This document shows positions 10,220 through 20,876 of a DNA stretch of 32,000 nucleotides, in pieces (position 1 is the stretch's first letter; each line of letters opens with the position of its first letter). This DNA comes from Candidatus Pantoea edessiphila (lineage in GTDB: Bacteria > Pseudomonadota > Gammaproteobacteria > Enterobacterales > Enterobacteriaceae), in assembly GCF_002933345.1 (NCBI RefSeq), contig NZ_PDKR01000001.1, positions 149,986 to 181,985 of the forward strand, in the 5' to 3' direction. The translations under genes were made by a program, and so were the position numbers. The notes below the pieces were generated by a model. That model searched no databases and was not told where the DNA came from. It worked only from the letters and a program-made list of their open reading frames with translations.

Positions 10220-11494
10220 ATGATTACAAACAATATTATAGAATATCTCTATAGCAGATCTTTGATATTTCAATTAACAAATAAAGAGCAATTAATAAAA
10301 AAATTGCAACAAGGTCCTAGTGTGCTTTATTGTGGCTTTGATCCTACTGCAGAAAGCCTACATTTAGGCCATTTAATACCTTTAATATGTTTAAAACACT
10401 TTCAAAATTTAGGTCATAAACCTATTTTATTATTAGGAGGAGCTACTGGCTTAATTGGGGATCCTAGCTTTAAGGCTACAGAACGTAAATTTAACGATAA
10501 TAACCTTATAAAGACATGGACAGAAAAAATACAAACACAACTTATAAAGTTTTTAAATTTTGATTGTGGATTTAATAGCGCTGTTATTGTAAATAATCTT
10601 GATTGGTTTAATAATATGAATATATTATCTTTTCTGAGAAATATAGGTAAACATTTTTCTGTCAATCAAATGATCAACAAAGAGGCTATTAAACAAAGAT
10701 TAAACCGTGATGATCATGGTATATCTTTTACTGAATTTTCTTATAATTTATTACAAAGTTATGATTTTGCTTATTTAAATAAATTATTAGATGTTTCTTT
10801 ACAAATTGGTGGTTCTGATCAATGGGGTAATATCACGTCAGGTATTAATTTAACACGCCGTTTAAATAATAGCCAAGTTTTTGGTTTAACTTTTCCTTTA
10901 ATCACAAAATCTGACGGTACTAAATTTGGTAAAACTGAAAAAGAAACTATATGGTTAGATCCTAAAAAAACTAGTCCTTATAAATTTTATCAATTTTGGA
11001 TTAATACTGCTGATGCTGATGTTTATCGTTTTTTAAAATATTTTACATCTATTAGCCTTGATGAAATAAAAATATTAGAGCATAAAGATAAAAATATAAA
11101 TAAAGTACCTGAAGCACAATATATATTAGCTGAACAAGTTACTAATTTAGTCCATGGAAAAAGTGCCCTAGACTCTGCAAAAAATATTACTCATAATTTA
11201 TTTTCTAACAGAATAGATAAAATAAATGAATCTGATTTTAAACAACTTTCTTATGATGGTATTCCAACTGTTCATCTTGATGGACCCGAAGATTTACAAC
11301 AAGTTTTAGTAAAATCAAAACTAGTAACTTCACGTAGCCAAGCCCGTACTATGATTTATAGTAATGCTATTTATATAAATGGTAAACAACAATCTAATCC
11401 TAAATATAAACTCAATGATATTGATAAATTATTTAATAAATATACATTAGTGCGTCGTGGTAAAAAAAATTATTGTTTAATAAATTGGGTATAA
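10220..11494 (+). CDS. tyrS: Tyrosine--tRNA ligase
   Basis: The product is 424 aa, the same length as E. coli TyrS. It has the class I signatures HLGHL (HIGH) and KFGKT (KMSKS variant), GGSDQWGNI, and a C-terminal S4-like domain. Confidence 0.97.
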   Translation: MITNNIIEYLYSRSLIFQLTNKEQLIKKLQQGPSVLYCGFDPTAESLHLGHLIPLICLKHFQNLGHKPILLLGGATGLIGDPSFKATERKFNDNNLIKTWTEKIQTQLIKFLNFDCGFNSAVIVNNLDWFNNMNILSFLRNIGKHFSVNQMINKEAIKQRLNRDDHGISFTEFSYNLLQSYDFAYLNKLLDVSLQIGGSDQWGNITSGINLTRRLNNSQVFGLTFPLITKSDGTKFGKTEKETIWLDPKKTSPYKFYQFWINTADADVYRFLKYFTSISLDEIKILEHKDKNINKVPEAQYILAEQVTNLVHGKSALDSAKNITHNLFSNRIDKINESDFKQLSYDGIPTVHLDGPEDLQQVLVKSKLVTSRSQARTMIYSNAIYINGKQQSNPKYKLNDIDKLFNKYTLVRRGKKNYCLINWV

Positions 11495-11564
11495 ATTTTT
11501 ATATTTTAGAAAAAATTAATATAAGCAGCCTTTGTTAATAAAATTTAATTTAAAAATAAATATC

Positions 11565-12203
11565 TTATATCTTGTAATAAGATGTATTTGATGCACATAA
11601 GTGATTAATAATACATAAATTACATTTCGGAATACGAGCCTTACAAGTATAACGTCCGTGAAAAACCAGCCACATATGACAGTTTTTTTTAAAAGATTTA
11701 GGAACTACCTTTAATAATTTATTTTCTACCTGTATGACATTTTTACCGGTTGCAAAACGAGTACGATTACATACCCGAAAAACATGAGTATCTACTGCAA
11801 TTGTAGATTGATTAAAAACAATATTTAGTATAATATTAGCAGTTTTTTTACCTATTCCTGGTAGTGTTTCTAATGCAATTCTATTTTCTGGTATCTTGCC
11901 GTCATATTTTTCTAATAACATATGACAAGTTTTTATTATATTTAATGCTTTTATATTATATAATCCAATAGGTTTAATATATTTTTTTATATTATTTAAG
12001 CCTAGTTTTAAAAATTTTTCAGGAGTATTAGCTTCTTGATAAAGTTTTTGTGTCACCTTATTAACAATTATATCAGTAGATTGAGCCGATAATAGAGTAG
12101 ATATTAGAAGTTCAAAGGGTGATTTAAAATTAAGTTCAATAATAGGATTAGGATTTTTATCTTTAAGAATATTAAGTATTTTTATTCGTATTTTTTGATT
12201 CAT
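11565..12203 (-). CDS. nth: Endonuclease III (DNA glycosylase / AP lyase)
   Basis: The product is 212 aa. It has the HhH-GPD region LPG.GKKTAN..L, catalytic K and D (AVDTHV.RV), and the C-terminal 4Fe-4S loop C...C....C..C. Confidence 0.96.
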   Translation of the reverse strand: MNQKIRIKILNILKDKNPNPIIELNFKSPFELLISTLLSAQSTDIIVNKVTQKLYQEANTPEKFLKLGLNNIKKYIKPIGLYNIKALNIIKTCHMLLEKYDGKIPENRIALETLPGIGKKTANIILNIVFNQSTIAVDTHVFRVCNRTRFATGKNVIQVENKLLKVVPKSFKKNCHMWLVFHGRYTCKARIPKCNLCIINHLCASNTSYYKI

Positions 12204-12256
12204 TTAAGTTCTTTTAATTATAATATTTTAATAAATAAGTTATAAATTTATTTATA

Positions 12257-12589
12257 TTAAAAATTACAGTTACAGATTAAATCTAGTTTAATAGGAATAT
12301 GATCTACATCCCATTCTATGTGGTTAATAGTTATATTTACAGAAATTAACTTAATACAATTGACAGGACAATAATCTATGCATAAATTACAACAGGTGCA
12401 ATAATTACTTATTACTGTATGAATATTACGTACAGCTCCTACTATGGCGCCAGCTGGACATGTTTTAACACATTTATTACAACCTATGCATTTATTTTCT
12501 TCAATATATGCTATTTTTTTTAAAATAATTTTATTGCTGTGTCTGATTAGTTTTGGTTCTATATTAAGCATTTTTGCTATTTCTAGCAT
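12257..12589 (-). CDS. rnfB: Truncated RnfB/RsxB: C-terminal 2x[4Fe-4S] ferredoxin domain only (orphan remnant of the rnf/rsx operon, ORF intact)
   Basis: The 110-aa product begins MLEIAKMLNIEPK, which aligns to internal E. coli RsxB MLKIAELLNVEPQ at about residue 83 of 192. It continues to the RsxB C-terminus. Both CxxCxxCxxxCP motifs are present (CIGCNKCVKTCP, CTCCNLCIDYCP). The ORF lies 53 nt upstream of nth, the position rsxE occupies in E. coli. Confidence 0.75.
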   Translation of the reverse strand: MLEIAKMLNIEPKLIRHSNKIILKKIAYIEENKCIGCNKCVKTCPAGAIVGAVRNIHTVISNYCTCCNLCIDYCPVNCIKLISVNITINHIEWDVDHIPIKLDLICNCNF

Positions 12590-12831
12590 ATTTTATTACT
12601 ACCTCACACTTAAATGCTTTAATAATTAAATTATTAAATTTGATATGAATCATAAATTATATAGATTAATAATTTTATTTTTGCTATCAAATAATTTAAA
12701 TTAATTATTATACAATAACAAAGGTTTATTTCTTTAAAATAAAAGATAATATTAATGTATTATTTTAGAGTAATGAATAATAACTAATCTTTAAATGATA
12801 CTTATATTTTTATGTCAATGTGTTACAATTG

Positions 12832-14010
12832 CTAATATAATTCATTAAATACACGAGCCAAAGAGCCATTTCCCTTAATTTTAATTGGCATTTCTTCTGC
12901 AGAAACAAAACAAGATTCACCTGATTTTAATAATAATAATCTATCATCTTTAATAATAGTAAAATCACCTTGAATACAAAATAATATTGCCATACTTTTC
13001 TGATTGATATTTTGCAATTCATTTGTTAATACGTGAATTGTAAAAGCAAAATCCAATATTTCGATTGGAAAACGTAATTCGTTTTGTAATTTTTTAGGTT
13101 TTATTAATATTTTACTTAATAAAGAATCACTTAATTTTAAGTTCATCAAAAATTCAGATATATCTATATATTTTGATGTTAAACCCGCACGTAAAACATT
13201 ATCAGAATTAGCCGAAATTTCTATTGCATTACCTTTCAAATATATATGAGGTGTTCCACAAGATATAAATACAGCTTCACCTGGTTTTAGAAAAATATTA
13301 TTAAAAAATAAAAGCAAAAATAAAGAATTATCTTCTGGATAGTTTATAATTATAGTTTTGATAGTATGCCAAGGTTCTTCTTTAAAAAGTTTAAGTTTTG
13401 ATTTTAAAATATTAAATGCCTTTAATTTTTCTTGACCTTTTAATAATAAAAGATATTTTAATAATTTTAATAAATTATTCTGGTTTGGCATTCTGAGAAA
13501 AATATTAATTGAGGGATGTATTTCATTGATTATATTTAATAATGAATTTATTTGAGCAAATGTTTTAAAACCTATCAATGCATGAAAAGGAGTAATTGCA
13601 TAAATCAATTCAGGTTTGTAATTTTTATCTTTATAATTTCTTTTATAACTATTTATTGGAATTGATCTACTATTTTCTTTTAAGAAGCCTTGTTTAGCAA
13701 ATATTTTATTAGGATGAACTTGAATTGATAATGGATTTTCAACACATATTATCTTAAATAAAAAAGGTAATTCACCAAAATATTGGTATACTGAACTGCC
13801 TAATAACTTCTGAGGATTTGAGTTAATAATATCACTTAAAAATGATATTTTATTATTATAATGTACTTTAGAAGGAGTTTTAGGATGTGTACCTATCCAT
13901 AATTCGGCCATTGGCAAGTTATGAGGATTTGTAAAATTATATGTTTCAGATAAAAAAGTTCTACTACCCCAATTATAATTTTGTAACGAATTCTCTAATT
14001 TTAATATCAT
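12832..14010 (-). CDS. manA: Mannose-6-phosphate isomerase, class I
   Basis: The product is 392 aa (E. coli about 391). N.QNY.WGS, MAELW.G.HP, ELPFLFK.....PLSIQVHPN, NYKD.N.KPEL and ANSDNVLRAGLT.KYIDI.E match ManA along the full length. Confidence 0.95.
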   Translation of the reverse strand: MILKLENSLQNYNWGSRTFLSETYNFTNPHNLPMAELWIGTHPKTPSKVHYNNKISFLSDIINSNPQKLLGSSVYQYFGELPFLFKIICVENPLSIQVHPNKIFAKQGFLKENSRSIPINSYKRNYKDKNYKPELIYAITPFHALIGFKTFAQINSLLNIINEIHPSINIFLRMPNQNNLLKLLKYLLLLKGQEKLKAFNILKSKLKLFKEEPWHTIKTIIINYPEDNSLFLLLFFNNIFLKPGEAVFISCGTPHIYLKGNAIEISANSDNVLRAGLTSKYIDISEFLMNLKLSDSLLSKILIKPKKLQNELRFPIEILDFAFTIHVLTNELQNINQKSMAILFCIQGDFTIIKDDRLLLLKSGESCFVSAEEMPIKIKGNGSLARVFNELY

Positions 14011-14128
14011 TGTGCTAATAAAATATTCTGCATGGCCTATATTAATAGTTATAGCATAAATAAAAAATAACCGTAGTTTTTAAATATATTAACATATTTA
14101 TTAATTTTTAATAAAGGAGAATTTATCA

Positions 14129-15523
14129 ATGATACCAAGTCGTATTGAAAAGGATTCAATGGGGTCTGTAAATGTTCCAAACGATAAATTATGGGGAGCG
14201 CAAACTCAACGTTCATTAGAACATTTTCATATTTCTACAGAAAGAATGCCAATTGTATTTATCCATTCATTAGCTTTAATTAAACGTGCTGCAGCAATAG
14301 TAAACTGTGATTTAGGGATATTAAAAAAAAATATTGCTGAAGCAATCATCAAAGCAACTGATGAAGTAATGGATGGTAAACATAACGAAGAGTTTCCTTT
14401 AGTTATTTGGCAGACTGGTTCTGGTACCCAAACAAATATGAATATGAATGAAGTATTAGCTAATAGAGCTAGTGAAATACTTGGAGGAAAAAAAGGTGTT
14501 TTACGTTTAGTGCATCCTAATGATGATGTAAACAAAAGTCAAAGTTCTAATGACGTTTTTCCTAGTGCAATACACATAGCATCAGTAATAACTATTAGAG
14601 AACAAATGATCCCCAAAATTAATACATTAAAGAAAATACTTAATGATAAATCTAATGCATTTAAAAAAATAGTAAAGATTGGTAGAACTCATTTACAAGA
14701 TGCTATACCATTAACGTTAGGTCAAGAAATTTCTGGTTGGGTAAGTATGATTGAAAGCAATATTAAACAAATAGAACAAAGTATCCCTTATTTGTTTGAA
14801 CTTGCTTTGGGTGGCACAGCAGTTGGTACTGGATTGAATACTCATCCAAATTATGCAGTTAATGTCGCTAAAACAATTGCTAATTTAACTAAATATCCTT
14901 TTATTACTGCACCAAATAAATTTGAAGCATTGAGCAATAGTAATGCGATAGTAAATTCACATGGTACATTTAAAAACTTAGCCACATCTTTAATGAAGAT
15001 TGCTAACGATATAAGATGGTTATCATCGGGACCACGTTGTGGTATTGGAGAAATAATGATTCCAGAAAATGAGCCTGGAAGTTCAATTATGCCTGGTAAA
15101 GTCAACCCTACTCAATGTGAAGCAATGACTATGATTTGTTGTCAAGTTATGGGTAATGATGTTGCTATTAACATAGGAAATTCATTGGGTAATTTTGAAT
15201 TAAATGTATTTCGTCCAATGATAATGTATAATTTTCTTCAATCAATTAGACTTTTAACTGATGGAATAGATAGTTTTAATCGTTATTGTGCCATTGGCAT
15301 TAAACCAGTATATGAACGTATTGATAAATTTTTAAACGAATCATTAATGCTAGTTACTGTGCTTAATAATCATATTGGATATGATAAAGCAGCAAAAATT
15401 GCTAAAAAAGCATATCAAGAAGGTACAACACTTAAAATTTCAGCGCTAAAATTAGGATATTTAACTGAAGAAGAATTTGATTTTTTAGTAAAACCGGAAA
15501 ATATGGTAGGTAATGTAGAATAA
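14129..15523 (+). CDS. fumC: Class II fumarate hydratase
   Basis: The product is 464 aa. AGGAG at 14116-14120 precedes ATG 14129. EKDSMG...[43 protein letters not shown] and the fumarate-lyase signature [16 protein letters not shown] are present. Confidence 0.97.
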   Translation: MIPSRIEKDSMGSVNVPNDKLWGAQTQRSLEHFHISTERMPIVFIHSLALIKRAAAIVNCDLGILKKNIAEAIIKATDEVMDGKHNEEFPLVIWQTGSGTQTNMNMNEVLANRASEILGGKKGVLRLVHPNDDVNKSQSSNDVFPSAIHIASVITIREQMIPKINTLKKILNDKSNAFKKIVKIGRTHLQDAIPLTLGQEISGWVSMIESNIKQIEQSIPYLFELALGGTAVGTGLNTHPNYAVNVAKTIANLTKYPFITAPNKFEALSNSNAIVNSHGTFKNLATSLMKIANDIRWLSSGPRCGIGEIMIPENEPGSSIMPGKVNPTQCEAMTMICCQVMGNDVAINIGNSLGNFELNVFRPMIMYNFLQSIRLLTDGIDSFNRYCAIGIKPVYERIDKFLNESLMLVTVLNNHIGYDKAAKIAKKAYQEGTTLKISALKLGYLTEEEFDFLVKPENMVGNVE

Positions 15524-15598
15524 TAAAAAAATTTGTATTTTGTTTGGTTATTAATATCAAATAAATATTTTATTTTATCAGATATATTATATGTTAAT

Positions 15599-16987
15599 TT
15601 AGATTAATTTTAAAATAGCTTCGATACTAGTTTTTGCATCACCGAATATCATATATGTATTTTCTTTAAAAAATAACGGATTATTAATTCCAGAATAACC
15701 AGAATTCATAGACCTTTTAAAAACAACAACATTTTGAGCTTTCCATACTTCTAGTACAGGCATTCCAGATATAGGACTATTAAGGTCTTCTTGTGCAGCT
15801 GGGTTTACAGTATCATTAGCTCCAATGACTAAAACGATTTCGGTATTAACAAAATCTTTATTAATTTCATCCATTTCTAATACTATATCGTATGGAACTC
15901 GTGCTTCTGCAAGTAGAACATTCATATGACCTGGTAAACGACCGGCAACTGGATGAATAGCAAAAACAACTTTAATACCATATTGTTGCAATTTTTGAGT
16001 TATTTTTGCAACTGAATATTGAGCTTGTGCTACTGCCATACCGTAGCCTGGAGTAATAACAACTGATGAAGCATTTTTTAAAAGATTTACTATTTCTTCT
16101 ATCTCAATTTCACAATATTTACCTAAATCTTCTGTTTTAATAATGTTTTTATTATTAGCTCCTCCGGAAATTATATTAATAAAAGAACGATTCATTGCTT
16201 TACACATAATATAAGAAAGTATAGCTCCTGATGAACCTACTAAAGAACCAGTTATGATTAATAGATCATTATTAAGCGTAAAACCTACAGCAGCCGAAGA
16301 CCAACCAGAATAGGAATTTAACATAGAAACTATAACTGGCATATCAGCACCGCCAATTGATGACACTAAATTAATTCCAAATAAAAGTGCAATTAAAATC
16401 ATTATTACTAATAATATAATTTGTATCTTTTGATCACTAGTATTAATGAAATATAATAAAAATATAAAAGAAACTACTAAAATCAAAATATTCAGTTTAT
16501 GATGATATGGTATTATAAATGGTTTAGAACTAATTTTGCCAGATAACTTTCCAAATGCTAATAAAGAACCAGTAAAAGTTATTGCACCAATAAAAATACC
16601 AATAAAAATTTCAGTTAAATGAATACTATTTTCTACAAATGGGTATAAAAAAGGTGAATAATTAATATAACTATTAATACCTACTAAAACGGCTGCCAAA
16701 CCAACAAAACTATGTAAAATAGCAATTAATTCAGGCATTTTAGTCATTTCAATTTTTCTTGATATAAAAATGCCAATTAATCCACCTATAATCATGGCTA
16801 AAAAAATCAAGATTTTAGCATGGATAAAATTTTTAGTAAAAATAGTTGCAATTAATGCAATTACCATACCACTTATACCAAAGAAATTTCCTTGTTTAGA
16901 AGTATCATGTTTTGATAATCCTTTTAAACTAAGGATAAAAAATATTGAAGAAATGATGTATGCTGCAGTTATTAACCCGCTAAACAT
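15599..16987 (-). CDS. pntB: NAD(P) transhydrogenase subunit beta
   Basis: The product is 462 aa, the same length as E. coli PntB. A polytopic membrane N-terminus is followed by the dIII NADP(H) domain ([44 protein letters not shown]). The start lies 3 nt after the pntA stop. Confidence 0.97.
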   Translation of the reverse strand: MFSGLITAAYIISSIFFILSLKGLSKHDTSKQGNFFGISGMVIALIATIFTKNFIHAKILIFLAMIIGGLIGIFISRKIEMTKMPELIAILHSFVGLAAVLVGINSYINYSPFLYPFVENSIHLTEIFIGIFIGAITFTGSLLAFGKLSGKISSKPFIIPYHHKLNILILVVSFIFLLYFINTSDQKIQIILLVIMILIALLFGINLVSSIGGADMPVIVSMLNSYSGWSSAAVGFTLNNDLLIITGSLVGSSGAILSYIMCKAMNRSFINIISGGANNKNIIKTEDLGKYCEIEIEEIVNLLKNASSVVITPGYGMAVAQAQYSVAKITQKLQQYGIKVVFAIHPVAGRLPGHMNVLLAEARVPYDIVLEMDEINKDFVNTEIVLVIGANDTVNPAAQEDLNSPISGMPVLEVWKAQNVVVFKRSMNSGYSGINNPLFFKENTYMIFGDAKTSIEAILKLI

Positions 16988-16990
16988 AAT

Positions 16991-18523
16991 TCACCCCTTA
17001 CGAAACATTTTTAACATTCGGTGAGTAATATTAAAACCGCCGAATATATTGATACTGGATACTAATATTGCTATAAAAGAAATATAATTAATCAAATAAG
17101 TACTATCCATTTGTAATATTGCTCCAATGATAATAATTCCTGAAATAGCATTAGTAACAGACATTAATGGAGTATGTAATGCATGATTAACATTCCAAAC
17201 TATGTAATAACCAATTATACATGAAAGGATAAATATATTAAAATGAGATAAAAATTCAGTTGAAGCATTATTAGCTAAATAAACAAATGATATTAATAAT
17301 AAAATAATAAGACAATATTTATAAATAAAATTGCTTTGATTTTTCACAATTTGTTTTTCTTGGAGAGAAATTGGTTTTGTTTTTTCTGTAATAGAAATTT
17401 TAACAGGAGGAGCAGGCCAAATGATTTTTCCATTATCAACAATAGTAATATTCCTTATTATTACATCATTAAGATCTAATTTTACTTTACCTTTTTCTTC
17501 TTCATATATTAGTTTAATTAAATTAAATATATTAGTAGAATATAATTGTGAAGATTGGCTTGGTAAACGACTAGGAAGATTAGTATAGCCTATGATTTTT
17601 ACACCATTAGTTGTAGTTAAAACTTGATCACAAACAGTCAAAGAACAATTTCCACCTGCTTGTGCAGCTATATCGACAATAACACTACCTTTCTTCATAT
17701 TATTTAATACCATTTCTTTTGTAATAAGTTTTGGCGCTGGTTTGCCTGGAACCATGGCAGTAGTAATTATGATATCAACTTCTCTTGTTTGATTATAAAA
17801 TAGTTTCATCTCGGCTTTAATAAAAGCTTCAGACATCACTGATGAGTACCCATCTGATGAGCTAGATTTTTCTCCAAAATCTAATTCAAGAAATTCAGCA
17901 CCTAGACTTTTTATCTGTTCTTTTACTTCTAGTCGAGTATCAAATACTCTTACTATAGCACCCATTTTTACAGCAACACTTATAGCTGCTAAACCAGCTA
18001 CACCTGCACCAATAACTAATATTTTAGCTGGAGATATCTTTCCTGCTGCAGTAATTTGTCCTCCAAAAAAACCACCAAATTCATAAGCAGCTTCAATTAT
18101 AGAACGATAGCCAGCAATATTTGCCATTGAACTAAGAGCATCTAAAGATTGTGCTCGAGAAATACGTGGCACAGCATCCATGGCAATTACTGTTATTTTT
18201 TGTTTTGCTAATTTTTTTACTAAAGATTGATTTTGAGCTGGCCAAATAAAACTTATTAATATACTTCCTTGTTTTATTAAAGATATTTCCTCATCATTAG
18301 GTGGGTTAATCTTTAAAATTATATCAACTTGCCAAATATCTTGACTATTAACAATTTTTGCCCCTTCATTGAAATAGCTTTGATTATCAAAACCAGAATT
18401 TTTACCTGCTTCATGTTCAATGAAAATATCAAAACCTATTTTAATTAATTGTTTAACAACTTTAGGTGTAATAGATACACGGGCTTCATTTGATGATTTT
18501 TCTTTAGGTATACCTATTAACAT
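16991..18523 (-). CDS. pntA: NAD(P) transhydrogenase subunit alpha
   Basis: The product is 510 aa, the same length as E. coli PntA. The dI domain has the Rossmann motif [12 protein letters not shown], and C-terminal transmembrane helices are present. It is immediately upstream of pntB on the same strand. Confidence 0.97.
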   Translation of the reverse strand: MLIGIPKEKSSNEARVSITPKVVKQLIKIGFDIFIEHEAGKNSGFDNQSYFNEGAKIVNSQDIWQVDIILKINPPNDEEISLIKQGSILISFIWPAQNQSLVKKLAKQKITVIAMDAVPRISRAQSLDALSSMANIAGYRSIIEAAYEFGGFFGGQITAAGKISPAKILVIGAGVAGLAAISVAVKMGAIVRVFDTRLEVKEQIKSLGAEFLELDFGEKSSSSDGYSSVMSEAFIKAEMKLFYNQTREVDIIITTAMVPGKPAPKLITKEMVLNNMKKGSVIVDIAAQAGGNCSLTVCDQVLTTTNGVKIIGYTNLPSRLPSQSSQLYSTNIFNLIKLIYEEEKGKVKLDLNDVIIRNITIVDNGKIIWPAPPVKISITEKTKPISLQEKQIVKNQSNFIYKYCLIILLLISFVYLANNASTEFLSHFNIFILSCIIGYYIVWNVNHALHTPLMSVTNAISGIIIIGAILQMDSTYLINYISFIAILVSSINIFGGFNITHRMLKMFRKG

Positions 18524-19001
18524 ACACGTTCCTTTTTAATATAATATTTTCTAAAATTATAGAAATTATACTTTGAAAACATTAATGTTAAGCATTATAT
18601 TAATAATGATTTAATTACTGTACTTAAATGTTTATAATTTATTTTTATTAAGATATTACTATAGAATTTACTTGATCTATTTATATATAATGATATATAG
18701 AGCATACAATTTTTATTGTATTAATAGCTCTATTTTGTTATTTGTTATAGAATTGAAAAATATTTGTATTTTAAAATTACTTTTTGAATTAATAAAATTA
18801 ATTATTGTAAATAAATATTTATATAAAAATGAAATCTTATTTATTGTTTTAAATAAACCAATTAAATGATTATGGATAAATACTCAAATATAGCAAATAT
18901 GATTAATATCAAATAAATAATAATTTATTATTTATTCACTATGTTTAGTTATAAGTCAACTACTTATTAAATATATTTATTTATATACAAAGGATTAAGA
19001 G

Positions 19002-19781
19002 ATGGGTTTTCTTAATGGTAAACGTATATTAATTACTGGTATTTCCAGTAAATTGTCTATTGCTTATGGAATTGCAGAAGCTATGCATAGACAACAAGCT
19101 GAATTGGCCTTTACTTATCAAAATAACAAATTAAAAAATCGTGTTGAAGAATTTGCTAAAAATTTTGATTCAAAAATTACTTTACAATGTGATGTATCTC
19201 AAGAAAACAATATTAAATTGTTGTTCCTTTCATTATCTGAATATTGGTCAAAATTTGACGGTTTAATTCATTCCATCGCATTTGCTCCAAAAAATCAATT
19301 AAATGGAGATTATGTAAATAAAGTAACATATGAAGGATTCAAGATTGCACATAAAATAAGTAGTTATAGTTTTGTTTGCATGGTAAAAGAATGCAGAATG
19401 ATGTTAAATCCAAATTCTTCGTTAATAACTTTATCTTATTTAGGTTCTAAAAGAGCAATCCCCAATTATAATGTAATGGGTCCAGCAAAAGCTTCTTTAG
19501 AAGCAAATGTTCGTTATATTGCAAATATAATAGGTCCGGAAGGAATAAGAGTTAATGCTATTTCTGCAGGTCCTATTCGTACTTTAGCATCATCAGGTAT
19601 TAAAAATTTTCGTAAAATGTTAGCATATTGTGAAAGAGTTGCTCCACTTCGACGTACTGTAACTATTGAAGAAATAGGAAATTTAGCCGCTTTTTTATGT
19701 TCTAATTTATCAAGTGGTATTACAGGTCAAATCATTTATGTAGATGGTGGTTTTAATATCGCAACAATGAATGAGTTATGA
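19002..19781 (+). CDS. fabI: Enoyl-[acyl-carrier-protein] reductase (NADH)
   Basis: The product is 259 aa. [43 protein letters not shown] and [54 protein letters not shown] are near-identical to E. coli FabI. Confidence 0.97.
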   Translation: MGFLNGKRILITGISSKLSIAYGIAEAMHRQQAELAFTYQNNKLKNRVEEFAKNFDSKITLQCDVSQENNIKLLFLSLSEYWSKFDGLIHSIAFAPKNQLNGDYVNKVTYEGFKIAHKISSYSFVCMVKECRMMLNPNSSLITLSYLGSKRAIPNYNVMGPAKASLEANVRYIANIIGPEGIRVNAISAGPIRTLASSGIKNFRKMLAYCERVAPLRRTVTIEEIGNLAAFLCSNLSSGITGQIIYVDGGFNIATMNEL

Positions 19782-20876
19782 TATATTATTTATATTCATA
19801 TTTTATGTTTATATGTTATATTAAAATTTATAAAATTAGTTAATTAATATGTTATAAGTGATTTTAATATTTACTGTATAAATCAAATTTATAACTTTAT
19901 ACTTAAATAAATAATAACTATTGTTACTTACTTGTATGTAATTTTAATATATCTAATAAAACAATTTTGTTTATAGGTTTTATCTATTATAAATCTATTA
20001 GTTAAAAATAATTATATTGATTAATATGTTAAAAATATATTATTTAAACAAATAAAATATTTTTTGTTTATTGTTGTTCAAACATATGTCATAAAGCAAA
20101 AGCATACTTTATGCATACTACTAAGGAATGAAAAATGTTTATTTTAATAAATTAATAAAACAATAAAATAGTTTATAATTTTTAAGATTTAAAAAATTAA
20201 GATATAAAAATTAATAAAAAAGTGTTTTTCTATCTAATTAAAAAAAGGAAATTTATAAAGGTAGATTTATTTGTCAACAAAATAGTATTTACTTATTAGA
20301 ACATTGTAATGTAATACTTGATATTAAGTAATCATTGATTCCATATTTAAATATACTGCAATAGATTGAAATATAATATTAACTAATCTTTTATTATTAA
20401 TAGTTTCCATAAGGTAACTATGAAATTACAAATTATACGTTATATTGTATCTTATATCTAAGATACTTTGTAAAGTATCTGACAATCAAAAAACAAGACA
20501 GAAAATTTATCAAATAGTTACAATTTTATTCACAAACAAATCTTTGCATCTATTCTATATTTTGATAAATTAAATAAAAATTTGTTGTTTTTATTTAAAA
20601 TTATAATTCTATAAATAATATAATTGAGATATAAAAATAATACAGAGGTATAGTATGTCTTATTATAAATTTTAAGCTACTGTCTTATACACCTAAGGTT
20701 CTTTATAGTAATTTCATAGCTTATCATGTAAGCTAATATAATGATAGCAATTAGTTTTAACAGGTAGCAACTTCTAAATCTATTCCAGTTAAATTTGAAA
20801 TTATCTAACTAAGATTTAAATATGATATTTTCATTAATCTATTTTATATCTGTAATTCATCTAAATATTAAAAGTC

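Noticed and set aside
14227-15105. ORFs 14227..14535 and 14851..15105 antisense to fumC. Also 12444..12629 antisense to the rnfB fragment, 16770..17024 antisense to pntB/pntA, and 24589..24795 antisense to pgpB.
   Set aside because: The same reasoning applies. They lie within well-conserved genes on the other strand and have no recognisable motif. They are most simply explained by codon-bias-driven stop depletion on the antisense frame.
18672-18869. 65-aa ORF (MIYLYIMIYRAYNFY...) in the pntA-fabI spacer
   Set aside because: It is built only from I/L/K/N/Y/F, the translation expected from A/T-only sequence. It has no RBS and no similarity I can recognise, so it is most likely a chance ORF.
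18871-18879. DnaA-box-like TATGGATAA (one mismatch to TGTGGATAA), repeated within an identical 12-mer TTATGGATAAAT at 30706-30717
   Set aside because: There are only two copies of a short A/T-rich motif, in spacers 12 kb apart. They are not clustered and lie nowhere near the gidA/mioC/dnaA context expected of oriC. Chance occurrence in A/T-rich spacer is plausible.
15524-19001. Replication terminus located at the fumC/pntB or pntA/fabI junction, as the joining of the two E. coli replichore-end blocks would suggest
   Set aside because: My hand tallies do not show the expected strand-skew switch. The + strand G:C counts in spacers were 40:25 (8894-9513), 92:89 (19782-20876), 41:28 (23590-24041) and 41:29 (30408-30855), so G is at least equal to C on both sides. 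In 480-nt coding samples, coding-strand G:C was sufB(+) 94:69, manA(-) 61:53, rnb(+) 78:58 and topA(-) 73:51, which gives no clear replication component either way. The counts are small and error-prone, so the idea is not disproved. It needs a whole-genome cumulative skew plot and is not supported here.
18524-19001. dif (XerCD) site in the junction spacer
   Set aside because: I looked for the gammaproteobacterial consensus GGTGCGCATAA-TGTATA-TTATGTTAAAT. The only resemblance was ACATTAATGTTAAGC near 18580-18594, which lacks the XerC arm and the correct spacing. I consider it a chance match.
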